Source: Nitrospirota bacterium (GTDB lineage Bacteria; JACPQY01). Taken from it: DNA of 56,817 nt. Below the pieces are notes generated by a model that searched no databases, was not told the origin of the DNA, and saw only the letters and a program-made list of their open reading frames with translations. Positions 1 through 8,838 of this stretch are shown here, piece by piece. Each line of letters opens with the position of its first letter. Position 1 is the first letter of the stretch. The stretch is taken from assembly GCA_016180645.1 (NCBI GenBank), contig JACPAV010000020.1, positions 62,001-118,817 of the forward strand, in the 5' to 3' direction. The translations under genes and the position numbers were made by a program.

Positions 1-164
1 AGGTTTTTATTGAGCTAAGATTGGGGGCGTAATCCGCACAAACTCGGAATTCGAGGGCCTCCCGGCCTGTAGGACCCGTTTGCAGCGTTTCCGCAGTTCT
101 CAGGATGTCGACCCATTACGCTCAGTGTGTCATGCGACCGATCTTGTACCAGTTCCCACCCACG

Positions 165-1331
165 TCAGAATTTCAGCGTGAACTGGAATCGGAGGGGATT
201 ATTCAAGGGGTCAACCAGGAATAGGGTGGTGCCGACCGCGATGTTGTACCAGAAGTGTGCGGCCACGACAGGCGCAAGACGGTGTGAGCGCTTGTCGAAG
301 AGGAGTCCCAGGTAGAGTCCCCCAAGAGTGCCGTTCAGAAAGCGATCCGTTTTTTCCGTGGACGTGCCTGAGGGGAGGGTGTGGGCGAATCCAAAGAGGG
401 CGGAGGCGAGGAGTATGCCCGGCCAACGACCGGTACTGTCCTGAAGTTCTTCCTGAACCATACCTCGCCAGAAAGCCTCCTCGGCCGCAGCCGTCATGAT
501 GGACCCCGAGACAAGTTCGCTTCCGTAGAGGGCTGTGCCGGAAGATTTGGAGAACGTATGGTCGGCGCGTTCGATGGTCCTGATGTCGTCGTAACGAGAG
601 GCGCGGCGCGTGAGCGCTTCGATCGTGGTGGCGGAGGAAGCGAGGATCCATCCGAAGTGGACCCAAGGGTCGCTGAGTGTGGTGGGTGAGAAGGGGGCAA
701 GAAGGAGCCGCCCCTCGGAGGGCGGAGCGTTGGCCAGGCCGTTTGTGCGGGACTGTCTGAATGAATGCCGGGCGGCAAGATAGGTCGTGGCGATGCTGAG
801 CTGGTAGGTTTTCTCGGCCAAGTGGTAGGCGATGTTTTGATCGGCATATGAATAGTCGGTGGCGGAGCGATCAAGGATGTAGCCTGTCGCGACGAGCGCT
901 GCGGGAGCCGCGGAATACGCTGCGGCTCGGGAGTAGTCGCCAAGGTATGCGTGCCCTGCGCCGGGAATCAAAGACAGGAGCATTGCACGAGACATGCTGC
1001 GATTCGCGGGGCCGTCGACGTAGGCCGGGTCGACCGTCCTGGTCGCTTCCGGCACCGCTTCGGCATCCTGCCGGCGGGAAGGATCTGCCAGGGAGAGCCG
1101 GGGGCCGGGGGAGCAAAGGATACCGGTGATGAACGCGGTCGTTGTGACGATCAATCGACAGCGCTGTTGGGGGGCCATAGGCTTTATGGAGAATTTATCA
1201 CAGAAGATGGTCGCGGAGTTGAGCCGACAGGGAACGGAATGGATGGTAGCTGGGCCGGTGCCGGGGATTGGGTGAGCTACAATAGAGGCATGTTGGCGCA
1301 TAGAAAAGGTGGCGCATGATGAAGCAGGCAT
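165..1331 (-). CDS. CPBP family intramembrane glutamic endopeptidase (CAAX protease/Abi); true start probably downstream, near MAPQQ
   Basis: Motifs AEEAFWRG, LFGFAH and AHFWYN with hydrophobic helices; contains an in-frame repeat A copy. Confidence 0.85.
   Translation of the reverse strand: MPASSCATFSMRQHASIVAHPIPGTGPATIHSVPCRLNSATIFCDKFSIKPMAPQQRCRLIVTTTAFITGILCSPGPRLSLADPSRRQDAEAVPEATRTVDPAYVDGPANRSMSRAMLLSLIPGAGHAYLGDYSRAAAYSAAPAALVATGYILDRSATDYSYADQNIAYHLAEKTYQLSIATTYLAARHSFRQSRTNGLANAPPSEGRLLLAPFSPTTLSDPWVHFGWILASSATTIEALTRRASRYDDIRTIERADHTFSKSSGTALYGSELVSGSIMTAAAEEAFWRGMVQEELQDSTGRWPGILLASALFGFAHTLPSGTSTEKTDRFLNGTLGGLYLGLLFDKRSHRLAPVVAAHFWYNIAVGTTLFLVDPLNNPLRFQFTLKF
1022..1077. repeat. 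Palindromic repeat family A (AGGCCGGGTCGGCCATCCTGGCCGCTTCCGGCACCGCTTCCGCGTCCTGCGGGCGG-like)
   Basis: Copies at 1022-1077, 6126-6182, 32540-32674 (interrupted) and 20173-20355 (reverse, interrupted). Confidence 0.85.
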
Positions 1332-2197
1332 TGGTGAGCCCCTTTGGATTCGTGTGGCTGTGGCTACGGGTAGGCTTTATCCGGGCGGCGGCGATCCAGG
1401 TGTTTCTTCTGGTGTTGGCGGGGTTTGTTGCTGCGATGGGTCTATGGATGTTTACGGGGCAGTGGCTCTGGACGCGCCTTGGTATTCCGGCTGCGATTCA
1501 GGTGGGGATTGCGGCTTCTGGATGTGGTGCGATCGTTGTCGGATTCTATCCGAGGACGGCGAAGAGGGTTTGGCTTGTATTCTCCTCGGTAGTGGGCTCA
1601 TGGGCGGTGCGCAGGGGTGAAGGGTTTGCAGTCGAACGTTCGGTGGTGTGCGTGGGGATGGTGATCGCCGCGCTGGCATTCTTGTCCTTCTACCGGATTG
1701 AGTGGGGCCGGAGTGGAGGGGCCAAGTGTGGGGTGGTCAATAGCGTAGCAAGACTCGCGGGAGAAGGAGATGAACGGGAAAGGTGCGGCCTGTCGGTTGA
1801 GGCGCTAGGAACCTGGGCTGATCAGCGAAGCCTCATGGGAATGGGGTGGCATGGAGCTGTGCGGTGTGTGTCGAGGCCTTGGATTGGTTCGAAAGTGGCG
1901 TGGGTGAGTGACCATTTTAGTGCAACGGATGGAGCGGCGAACTCTTGGAATTGGATGCGCCAGGCGGAGGAAAAGTATGGAACGGGTTGGTGTGGCCGGG
2001 TGTTTGGCGCGTGGGGGGCTGGAGCTGGAGCTTTGTTTGGTCTGTTCCTCATAGGGATTGGGTGGTGGGTTGCAGTCGTTCGGGTAAGGTTCAGGAGGCA
2101 CCGGAAATCAGGCATGGGTCGGGCTGGCTACATGAATGTTGCATGCGTTTCGGGAATTGATACAGGTCCCGGAGGGATTTGTCGCTACCTGCGCTAG
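1316..2197 (+). CDS. Possible membrane protein, hypothetical
   Basis: Open frame with hydrophobic N-terminal half; very G/T-rich, so it may be partly spurious. Confidence 0.35.
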   Translation: MMKQALVSPFGFVWLWLRVGFIRAAAIQVFLLVLAGFVAAMGLWMFTGQWLWTRLGIPAAIQVGIAASGCGAIVVGFYPRTAKRVWLVFSSVVGSWAVRRGEGFAVERSVVCVGMVIAALAFLSFYRIEWGRSGGAKCGVVNSVARLAGEGDERERCGLSVEALGTWADQRSLMGMGWHGAVRCVSRPWIGSKVAWVSDHFSATDGAANSWNWMRQAEEKYGTGWCGRVFGAWGAGAGALFGLFLIGIGWWVAVVRVRFRRHRKSGMGRAGYMNVACVSGIDTGPGGICRYLR

Positions 2198-2390
2198 TCC
2201 CCCGAATTATCTCAGGTCCCGGATGGAATTATCTCAGGTTAGCTCAGATTGGTTTTGTTACCCTGAGATAATTCCGGAATTATCTCAGGTGCCCGAGGGA
2301 ATTATCTCAGGTTGGCTTTGTTGCGAAGTTTCGGGCGGTTAGTGAATTATCTCAGGGGGGATATTTATCTCATTTGATCGTATTTTTGCC
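2154..2390. repeat. Iteron-like GAATTATCTCAGG array with 22-bp phasing, a 28-bp perfect palindrome and an AT-rich tail
   Basis: Exact copies at 2204, 2226, 2277, 2299 and 2344, inverted copy at 2262-2274, degenerate copy at 2154. Confidence 0.85.
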
Positions 2391-2744
2391 CCGACATTAG
2401 GAACAGGGCGCCGCCTTTGGCGGCGCCGAAGAGGGGAAAAGGAACAGAGAAACAGAGGAAAAGAGCGGCAGTTTTGCGCGCGTGAGACTGGGAGGAACAG
2501 GGGGGGGAGAGGGGACAGAGGAACAGCTACCCCACCCACTCACCCTTTTGAGGGTGAGGGAGGGGACTAATACCTATACGGCAAGGAGGAGCAATGGGAC
2601 GGAAGAGATAGGAACACGGGGCGTGGGGCTATCGATGAACGCGGGGGGGACGGACAAGGAGGGGGTGGGCGCGGATCAGGGAGAACATGAAGAAGGGCTT
2701 TCCACCTTCAGTGTGAAAGCCCAACAAGGGGAAGGAGGAACGAA

Positions 2745-3128
2745 ATGAGAAAGTACGAGCTCTCGGTTTCCGAGGACCGTTACGGGGATCAGCACTGCAT
2801 TGGCTTGGTTATTCGCAACCGGGTGAACCACCAGCTGGTGGTGATATCCGGTTCTCGGCGAAAGCGAGGTGACCTGTGGATCTCGGTGAGTGCGTCGCCC
2901 GCGTCGCTTCTTGCGGTGAAGACGGCGTCAAGTCTGGAGACGTCGAAGAATGGGTACGAGGAGGGGATGTGCCGGTTCGAGTTCAGGGGGACGGTGGATC
3001 CACGGGCGAAGAAGTTTCGCCATGCGGTGCTGTTTGTGGCGCGGAAGCTTCTCGGTCTTGAGGGGGTTCAGCCAAGTGTCCGGAGTGGGCGGATGGTGAC
3101 GGCGGAGCCGGCGCTGCGCGCCGCCTAA
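2745..3128 (+). CDS. Hypothetical protein
   Basis: GGAGGA RBS and ATG; first gene of the co-oriented block. Confidence 0.7.
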   Translation: MRKYELSVSEDRYGDQHCIGLVIRNRVNHQLVVISGSRRKRGDLWISVSASPASLLAVKTASSLETSKNGYEEGMCRFEFRGTVDPRAKKFRHAVLFVARKLLGLEGVQPSVRSGRMVTAEPALRAA

Positions 3129-3137
3129 GGGGTTTGG

Positions 3138-3608
3138 ATGTCGAGGCGTCCTGTTTTGTATCTCGACATCGATGGGGTGATCCTGACCGAGGAGAAGGGT
3201 GGTGACGAACGTATCAGGCCCGGTGTCGCGGAGTTCCTGACGTGGGCGACGGCGCACATGGAGGTCATTCTGCTGACGTGCTGGCAGGAGAAGGAGATCC
3301 GCGGGAAGCTTGCGCCGCGTCTTGAGGCTTTGGGTGTTTCGACGGGCGACATTGGGGTGGCGCCGTGGGGTGTGTTGAAGACGGATGCCATGGATTTCTC
3401 GCGGACGTGGTTCAGGGTTGACGACCACGTAGAGCCAGCGGAGTGGACCGTTGTTGAGGGACACGGCGCGGCAGACCGGATGATCGTGGTGGATGCCACG
3501 GACGACGAGCAGCTGGCGCGTGCGTTCGACAGGGTGCGCGTGGGCGTGGAAATTGAAGTGCGTGGCGGCGTGGAAGGACACGCGAGAACTGCTGTAGCCC
3601 TTGGCTAG
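3138..3608 (+). CDS. HAD-superfamily domain protein
   Basis: LYLDIDGV motif I, LLT motif II, VDD motif IV. Confidence 0.75.
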   Translation: MSRRPVLYLDIDGVILTEEKGGDERIRPGVAEFLTWATAHMEVILLTCWQEKEIRGKLAPRLEALGVSTGDIGVAPWGVLKTDAMDFSRTWFRVDDHVEPAEWTVVEGHGAADRMIVVDATDDEQLARAFDRVRVGVEIEVRGGVEGHARTAVALG

Positions 3609-3610
3609 GT

Positions 3611-4218
3611 GTGAGCAGTCCCGAGATCTGAAACCGAGGGGAGCCGGTATCAAGGCCGGTCCGCGCATGAGGGTTTGGAGCGGGTGGCCGCGTGGAAGGA
3701 CATGCTGAGGCCTCCAACGAGGTCGAAACCCCGCTAAGCCCGAGGGTAAGCGCCTGTGAAAGTATCGGGCACTGAACAATGGACGAACCCGTATCAAGCC
3801 GGGTCCAGCCGCTCCATAAATTACATCGAGCCTTCATTCCTCCTGGAAAGTGAATCCCACCCACCGCGCGAATGCCGGGGGCGCGTCTGCCGAGAGGTGG
3901 ATGCGTCCCCGAGGCATTCCTTGGGAGACGGGTAGGGCGGTGAAGGAGGAGGCCTGTTCGAAGGCCGTGCACTGCCGAAAGTCTAACGAGAGAAGGACGG
4001 TCATGACCAAGGGGCATTGAAGCGTGTCCGCGCGTCCCCTGGGAGTCACCAGCGCGCAAGGTGAGACGATCGCGATAGGGTTTTCGGACCCCGATTGTTT
4101 CCCAGCTTCGAGAATCACGACGGTCTGCTACGCCTCGATTGGGACGAAGGGGTCGAGGTGGGGCAGGCCGATTCGTTTCATGTTTGGGGTCCGCTTCGGG
4201 GGGGCCAACTGCTTTCAC
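3611..4218 (+). ncRNA. Candidate large (~608 nt) structured ncRNA
   Basis: Terminal stem 3611-3619/4208-4218, long-range helices, G-U-rich hairpins with GAGA and TTCG loops, repeated GTATCAAG loops; no credible ORF. Confidence 0.7.
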
Positions 4219-4231
4219 TGGAGGGTGCGTC

Positions 4232-4387
4232 ATGCGGAGAAGTTGGTTGTTCCGTTTCTTGCGCCGGCAGTGGGCGCGCGTGGAATGGCTGGTGATCGGC
4301 GTGGAAGTGTGGATGTTGGCCCGACCGATGGAAAGGAGACGTCATGTGCACGTGTGGACACGAGCGGGGCGAGCACAGCCCGCTTGA
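4232..4387 (+). CDS. Small hypothetical protein
   Basis: GGAGG RBS followed by ATG. Confidence 0.35.
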   Translation: MRRSWLFRFLRRQWARVEWLVIGVEVWMLARPMERRRHVHVWTRAGRAQPA

Positions 4388-4414
4388 GGGCTGGTGCTGG
4401 GTGATGGGGTGTCC

Positions 4415-4663
4415 ATGCGGCGTCTTTCTGTCGATGTGGGCCGGAGTGGAGTGGGCGTGATGGGAGCGAGGGTTGAGCGATACGACGGGAGCCGGTTCTG
4501 GGCCGTGTATGACGCGGCGGGAGAGCTCGTATGCGTGACCGTGTACAAGAAGGGGGCGCTGGAGGTGGCGCGGCGGCTGGGGAGCCCCGAAATGGTCGGG
4601 GGGCAGGGGCGGGTTCCAAGCGTGGGCGGTGAACTGGAGGAGGTGAACAATGGCGGACATTGA
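4415..4663 (+). CDS. Small hypothetical protein (FWAVYD...LVCVTVYKKGA)
   Basis: Protein-like sequence; overlaps the next gene. Confidence 0.6.
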   Translation: MRRLSVDVGRSGVGVMGARVERYDGSRFWAVYDAAGELVCVTVYKKGALEVARRLGSPEMVGGQGRVPSVGGELEEVNNGGH

Positions 4664-4907
4664 GGATGCATCAGCTGAGATGGGGAGTGCGCTCAGTTCG
4701 CTGTGTCAAGCCCTGTCGAACTGGGAGAAGGCCACCGGGACAAGGTCGGTGGTCGTACTGCGTGCGCAGGGGGGGCGCACCCTGCGTCTCTTGGATGGAA
4801 AGGCGGTCAACCTGAAGACGATCAGCGATGAGGAGCTGTTTGAGTTGGTTCAGCCGCGAGGATCATCGACCGGTGACCGAACGGGATCGCAGGAGGGCGC
4901 TGAATGA
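4650..4907 (+). CDS. Hypothetical protein
   Basis: GGAGGTG RBS; ATGA coupling to the next gene. Confidence 0.65.
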   Translation: MADIEDASAEMGSALSSLCQALSNWEKATGTRSVVVLRAQGGRTLRLLDGKAVNLKTISDEELFELVQPRGSSTGDRTGSQEGAE

Positions 4908-5500
4908 TTGAAGTTGTTGGCGACCTGTTCGACCAGGAGGCGGACGCCATCTGTCTGACGACCAACGGGTTTGTGAAGGCGAACGGCGAAGCGGTGATGG
5001 GGCGCGGCTGCGCCAAGCAGGCGGCGGATCTCTGGCCGGAACTGCCAGGGATGCTGGGTTCGCGCATTCAGAAGGAGGGGGTGCGGGTTACGCTCCTATC
5101 TGAGCAGGTTGTAGGCACGCCTGGAGGCGTGCTGGGCAGGTTCCGGACGCCGTACCACGTCGTGGCATTTCCCGTGAAGCCTGACCGGTGGATGAGCACA
5201 GGTTCGAATGTCGTGAGCCACCTGCGTAGTCGCTTCCATCGGGGAGCGATGGTGCCGGGGTGGGCACTCAAGGCGCTGCCGAGTCTGATCGATCAATCGG
5301 CAAAGCAGCTCCGAAGCCTCACGGAGGTGATGGGGTGGCGGCGGGTGGTGTTGCCGAGACCCGGTTGCGGAGCAGGGGAACTCGGGTGGGAGGAAGTTCG
5401 ACAGATTCTCAACCGACACCTGGATGATCGGTTCGAGTCGATTACGTTCGGTGGCAACGGGAGAAACGGGAAGTCAGATGGCGCAGCGGCTGTACTGTGA
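4904..5500 (+). CDS. Macro domain (ADP-ribose binding/processing) protein
   Basis: GDLF, TTNG..VMGRGCA and LPRPGCGAGELGW motifs. Confidence 0.85.
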   Translation: MIEVVGDLFDQEADAICLTTNGFVKANGEAVMGRGCAKQAADLWPELPGMLGSRIQKEGVRVTLLSEQVVGTPGGVLGRFRTPYHVVAFPVKPDRWMSTGSNVVSHLRSRFHRGAMVPGWALKALPSLIDQSAKQLRSLTEVMGWRRVVLPRPGCGAGELGWEEVRQILNRHLDDRFESITFGGNGRNGKSDGAAAVL

Positions 5501-5882
5501 CGGGAGCTGCCTCGGGAATCCGGGTGGACCGATGGGGATCGGGATCGTTGTGGTCGACAGGCGCCCTTCCCGGCTCTCCGAGATATCGGAGTCCTACCCG
5601 GAGGGAACGAACAACCTGGCGGAGCTTCTGGCGCTGCACAAAGCAGCGGAAATCGCGCCTCGCGGGTCCGAGATTTACACCGACTCCGACTGGGCGCGGG
5701 GCGTTGTCACACTGGCATGGAAGGTGAAATCACACGCGGGTCTCGTCAGCGAGACCCGGCGGCTGGTCATGGAGAAACAGCTCGTGGTGAAGCGTGTACC
5801 CGGGCACAGCGGAAATACGTTCAACGATCGCGCGGACTTCCTCGCGCGGGAGGCCGCGGAGTCGCAAAAGAGGGCGGCGTAG
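5478..5882 (+). CDS. rnhA: Ribonuclease HI
   Basis: YCDGSCLGNPG, TNNLAEL, YTDS and GHSGNTFNDRAD motifs. Confidence 0.9.
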   Translation: MAQRLYCDGSCLGNPGGPMGIGIVVVDRRPSRLSEISESYPEGTNNLAELLALHKAAEIAPRGSEIYTDSDWARGVVTLAWKVKSHAGLVSETRRLVMEKQLVVKRVPGHSGNTFNDRADFLAREAAESQKRAA

Positions 5883-5885
5883 ACA

Positions 5886-5977
5886 GGAGCAATGAGTCCT
5901 GAGCAATGAGCAATGAGTTTCGGAGAGGAAGGAATGGGTCTCTTCACTCGTTGCCCGTTGCTCGGCACTCGTTGCTT
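5886..5977. repeat. Heptamer tandem/inverted repeat (GAGCAAT)n...(CTCGTTG)n
   Basis: Intergenic 7-mer repeats with a complementary second arm. Confidence 0.6.
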
Positions 5978-5998
5978 TCTCATAAGGAGGAGTAAGCG

Positions 5999-6697
5999 AT
6001 GGAGGCACTGGCGCGTGACTTGGTGCGGTTGACCGTCGGAGTCGCGGCGGAAGCGGCCGCGGTATCGGTGGTCGGACTCAGGTTCGCGCGGACGAAGCTG
6101 TCCGAGCGGGCGAGGCGTAGCAAGGAGGCCGGGTCGGCCATCCTGGCCGCTTCCGGCACCGCTTCCGCGTCCTGCGGGCGGAAGGCGGGGCTTCCGGCCG
6201 TGCGAGCGTCGGGGGCATCCGCGATGGACGCCGAGGGAAAGTGGCGCCGGATCGAAAGTGAGGCCCGAGCAGGCAGGCGCGGCGAACGTGCCGATCCGCG
6301 CCGGACAACGAGTGCGGGGAACGAGTGGGAACGCAAAACGGAGGTTACGCTGATGAAAGTCGCATGTGCGATTCTGTTGGAGGTCTTCCTATTGGCGTCC
6401 GTGGTGTGGATGTACAACGCGACCATGCCGGAGTACGGACAGACGGGGGCTATCGTGGCGTGCAGCGTGCACGGGCTCCTTGTTGTGCCGTCAACGACGC
6501 TGGCCATCATATGGCTGGTGCGCGAGCGGGGGCGGCGCCCGGGGGGAGGCGGCGGGCGTCGGGGTCCGAGGACCGAGCCGTCCCTTTCGCTCCGCTCCAG
6601 GGACGACGAGATGAAAAACCATGGGAGCCTTGCGTCGAGGCCGGAGCGGGCGGCGGGCGACAATGTCCTTGCGTTCGAACGACTGACCGGAACGTAG
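5999..6697 (+). CDS. Hypothetical membrane protein carrying in-frame repeats A and B
   Basis: AAGGAGG RBS; two hydrophobic segments. Confidence 0.6.
   Translation: MEALARDLVRLTVGVAAEAAAVSVVGLRFARTKLSERARRSKEAGSAILAASGTASASCGRKAGLPAVRASGASAMDAEGKWRRIESEARAGRRGERADPRRTTSAGNEWERKTEVTLMKVACAILLEVFLLASVVWMYNATMPEYGQTGAIVACSVHGLLVVPSTTLAIIWLVRERGRRPGGGGGRRGPRTEPSLSLRSRDDEMKNHGSLASRPERAAGDNVLAFERLTGT
6582..6637 (+). repeat. Repeat family B (~57 bp; CCCCTYCGCTCCGCTCCRGGGACGACGAGATGAAAAATCATGGGGTCCTTGCGTCG-like)
   Basis: Copies at 6582, 7291-7437 (nested), 12390, 20203 (-), 28146, 28633, 31899, 35837, 36652 and 49410. Confidence 0.85.
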
Positions 6698-6820
6698 GCC
6701 GAAGACGACGAGGACCTCGGGCGCGAGAAGCGAGCGCACGAGCGCGGTAAAGCTTCAAACAAGTCAGTCGGCTGCATGGCGGCCGATGAACAGACCGACG
6801 AACATCGGAGAAAGGAGGTG

Positions 6821-7207
6821 ATGTCTATGTTGATGGTATCGGGTACTGGGAGACTCACGGCGAAGCCGGAGCTTCGTTACAGCGGGGCGGGCAAGGCCGT
6901 CGCGACGTTTCGCGTCGCGGTGAACGAGCTGATTCCCGGCAAGAAGGACCCCGTCGCGAGCTTTTTCAACGTGGTCAGTTTCGGCAAAGCGGCCGAGCGA
7001 CACGCCGAAAAGATCGAGAAGGGCCAACTGGTCGAGGTGCACGGGCGTCTGCGTGAGAACCGGTACGTGAAGGACGGGCAGAAGCGCAGCCGAGTCGAGA
7101 TCGTGGCGCTAAGCGTCATGCGTCTCTCGAAAAACGGCAACGGCAATGGCAACGGCCACACGGCCGAGCCGCCCACGGAACAGGATCTTCCGGTCGAGCC
7201 GGAGTAG
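6821..7207 (+). CDS. ssb: Single-stranded DNA-binding protein
   Basis: GRLTAKPELRY, VATFRVAVN, FFNVVSFGKAAE and KGQLVEVHGRL motifs; AAGGAGGTG RBS. Confidence 0.92.
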   Translation: MSMLMVSGTGRLTAKPELRYSGAGKAVATFRVAVNELIPGKKDPVASFFNVVSFGKAAERHAEKIEKGQLVEVHGRLRENRYVKDGQKRSRVEIVALSVMRLSKNGNGNGNGHTAEPPTEQDLPVEPE

Positions 7208-7256
7208 TCGCAGAAGGTAGGGGGTCTCTCGATAAGGGACCCCCCCTTCCGCTTCC

Positions 7257-7289
7257 AGCCTTCGCAGCCGCTGCTTCGGCGGAGTAGGC
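7257..7289. repeat. Short REP-like family G (CCTTCGCAGC..GCT.CGGCGGAGTAGGC)
   Basis: Also at 8730-8770 (reverse) and 22431-22461 (in-frame in the methyltransferase). Confidence 0.65.
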
Positions 7290-7545
7290 CCGCTCCAGGG
7301 ACGATCCCCTTCGCTCCGCTTCGGCCCCCTCCGGGGACGGTGATTGGAAGGGCATGGGGATCGGCACCGGGACGACGACAGGAATCGATATGGGATCTTC
7401 GCGTCGCGAGATGAAATGTCATGGGGTCCTTGCATCGCCCGCCGGCGCCACCGACAGGGAGGCGGAGCCAAGCCAGATGCAAAGCAGCCGGTCCGGCAGG
7501 TAGGGGACATGGCTGTGACCGGCAAGGAAATCAAGGGAGGAGACC

Positions 7546-7890
7546 ATGGGAGTACATGCGGACATCATCGTGATTGGTCCGTTCATCCACCTGAAAAAGG
7601 AGGGTGCTCTGGTCTACGGCCCGGAGCGGTACAAGGATGTGCCGGAGAACGCGCTCGTTATCGGGGCGGTTGCCGTAGCGGCGACATCGGAAGAATCCAG
7701 GCTCCTGGCCAGGATCTCGAATGTTGAGCCGTGGGACTTGGGGAACCATCGGGTGCTGCACCCGAGTGCGCCGCAAGCTGGGGAGCAGCATGAGGCGATC
7801 GGAGACGATGAGGCGCGGGTCGTCTACCACAGAATTCGGCGACTGGCCGGCAACCCGAAAACGGTGATGTGGTTCCGGCCGAGCGGGTAG
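7546..7890 (+). CDS. Hypothetical protein
   Basis: GGAGGAG RBS; protein-like composition. Confidence 0.7.
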   Translation: MGVHADIIVIGPFIHLKKEGALVYGPERYKDVPENALVIGAVAVAATSEESRLLARISNVEPWDLGNHRVLHPSAPQAGEQHEAIGDDEARVVYHRIRRLAGNPKTVMWFRPSG

Positions 7891-7906
7891 AGAGGAGGAT
7901 CACGCA

Positions 7907-8719
7907 ATGCTGACGCTCAAGGGCTACGGTGACTGGCTCTGTGATCGCGCATGGCTCGTGACCCAGGGAAGGCCCACTTTGCGGGGTGCCGTCGATCGAA
8001 TGGTCGTGCTCAACCGGCACGCGCGGAGATCCTGGGCGCTTCATGCGGGCCTCATCTACGAGCTCAAGCGCGACCTCATTGAACTTCTCTACCTGCAGGG
8101 TCATGCGACGTCCGTAGGGATGGATCGCCAGACGCTGAAATGTCGCCGATGCGGCGGGTCAGGCAAGTACTTCCATGAGAGCCCGTCGAACCGGAACTGC
8201 TCGACACCAGCCATATCAACAGAGTGTCCGGGGTGCAGGTGCTGGAATTGCAGGGGCGGGATCTACGCGGAGCACCTCCTGTATCGCTTTGTATTTCGCG
8301 TGGACGGTATGACGGTGGTGTGGCACCAACCCGTGAACCTTGTCCGGTTCCAAGTGAAGGTCACGGATCATGGGGTGAACGCCTATGAAGCGGGTCCCGA
8401 GAATATGGGGGCGCGGGCCATAGACGTGAGACGGGGGCTGCTGATCGTGGAAAAGTTTCTGTACCGTGCCTGCGGGGCAAAGCGCGGACGCGTGGTGGCG
8501 GCGGTATACGAGAGAGGCCGGCCGGTATGGGAGCGGCTGGAGTCATGGGTCTGGGGCATCAAGGAAAGAATTTATCGCCTCTCAGTTTCCATCGGCAGGC
8601 GCATGGGAGGGTGGGGGAGAGATACAGCCCAGGATCCCACCACCTGCCACCAGGTCAAAGACCTGCCTTCCGGTCCGCCTGAGGCGGACAGGTGGTGGGA
8701 TGATGAGATCCCCTTCTAG
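7907..8719 (+). CDS. Zn-finger-containing hypothetical protein ending in DDEIPF
   Basis: CRRCGGSG and CWNCRGG motifs; SSB-like acidic C-terminus. Confidence 0.7.
   Translation: MLTLKGYGDWLCDRAWLVTQGRPTLRGAVDRMVVLNRHARRSWALHAGLIYELKRDLIELLYLQGHATSVGMDRQTLKCRRCGGSGKYFHESPSNRNCSTPAISTECPGCRCWNCRGGIYAEHLLYRFVFRVDGMTVVWHQPVNLVRFQVKVTDHGVNAYEAGPENMGARAIDVRRGLLIVEKFLYRACGAKRGRVVAAVYERGRPVWERLESWVWGIKERIYRLSVSIGRRMGGWGRDTAQDPTTCHQVKDLPSGPPEADRWWDDEIPF
8634..8701. repeat. Repeat family E: inverted ends ATCCCACCACCTG...CAGGTGGTGGGAT with a variable core
   Basis: Copies at 8634-8701, 12458-12519, 13750-13822, 16632-16693 (degenerate) and 24006-24079. Confidence 0.85.
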
Positions 8720-8838
8720 GGCTGGGGGAGCCTACTCCGCAGAAGCATCCGCTTCTGCTGCGAAGGTTGGAACGTGTAGGGGCATCAAGCGGTCAAATCG
8801 ATGGTCGCCCAGAAAATTACAGTGAAGGAGGTCGCATT

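Noticed and set aside
2204-2356. CRISPR array
   Set aside because: 13-bp repeats with gaps as short as 9 bp and an inverted copy; no cas genes
3703-3750. Hammerhead ribozyme (CTGAGG...GAAAC)
   Set aside because: The core reads CTGAGGC rather than CTGANGA, and stems I and III are unconvincing; treated as part of the larger RNA
3611-4218. Group II intron
   Set aside because: Begins GTGAG and ends AC, but there is no recognisable domain V, no RT ORF and no interrupted gene
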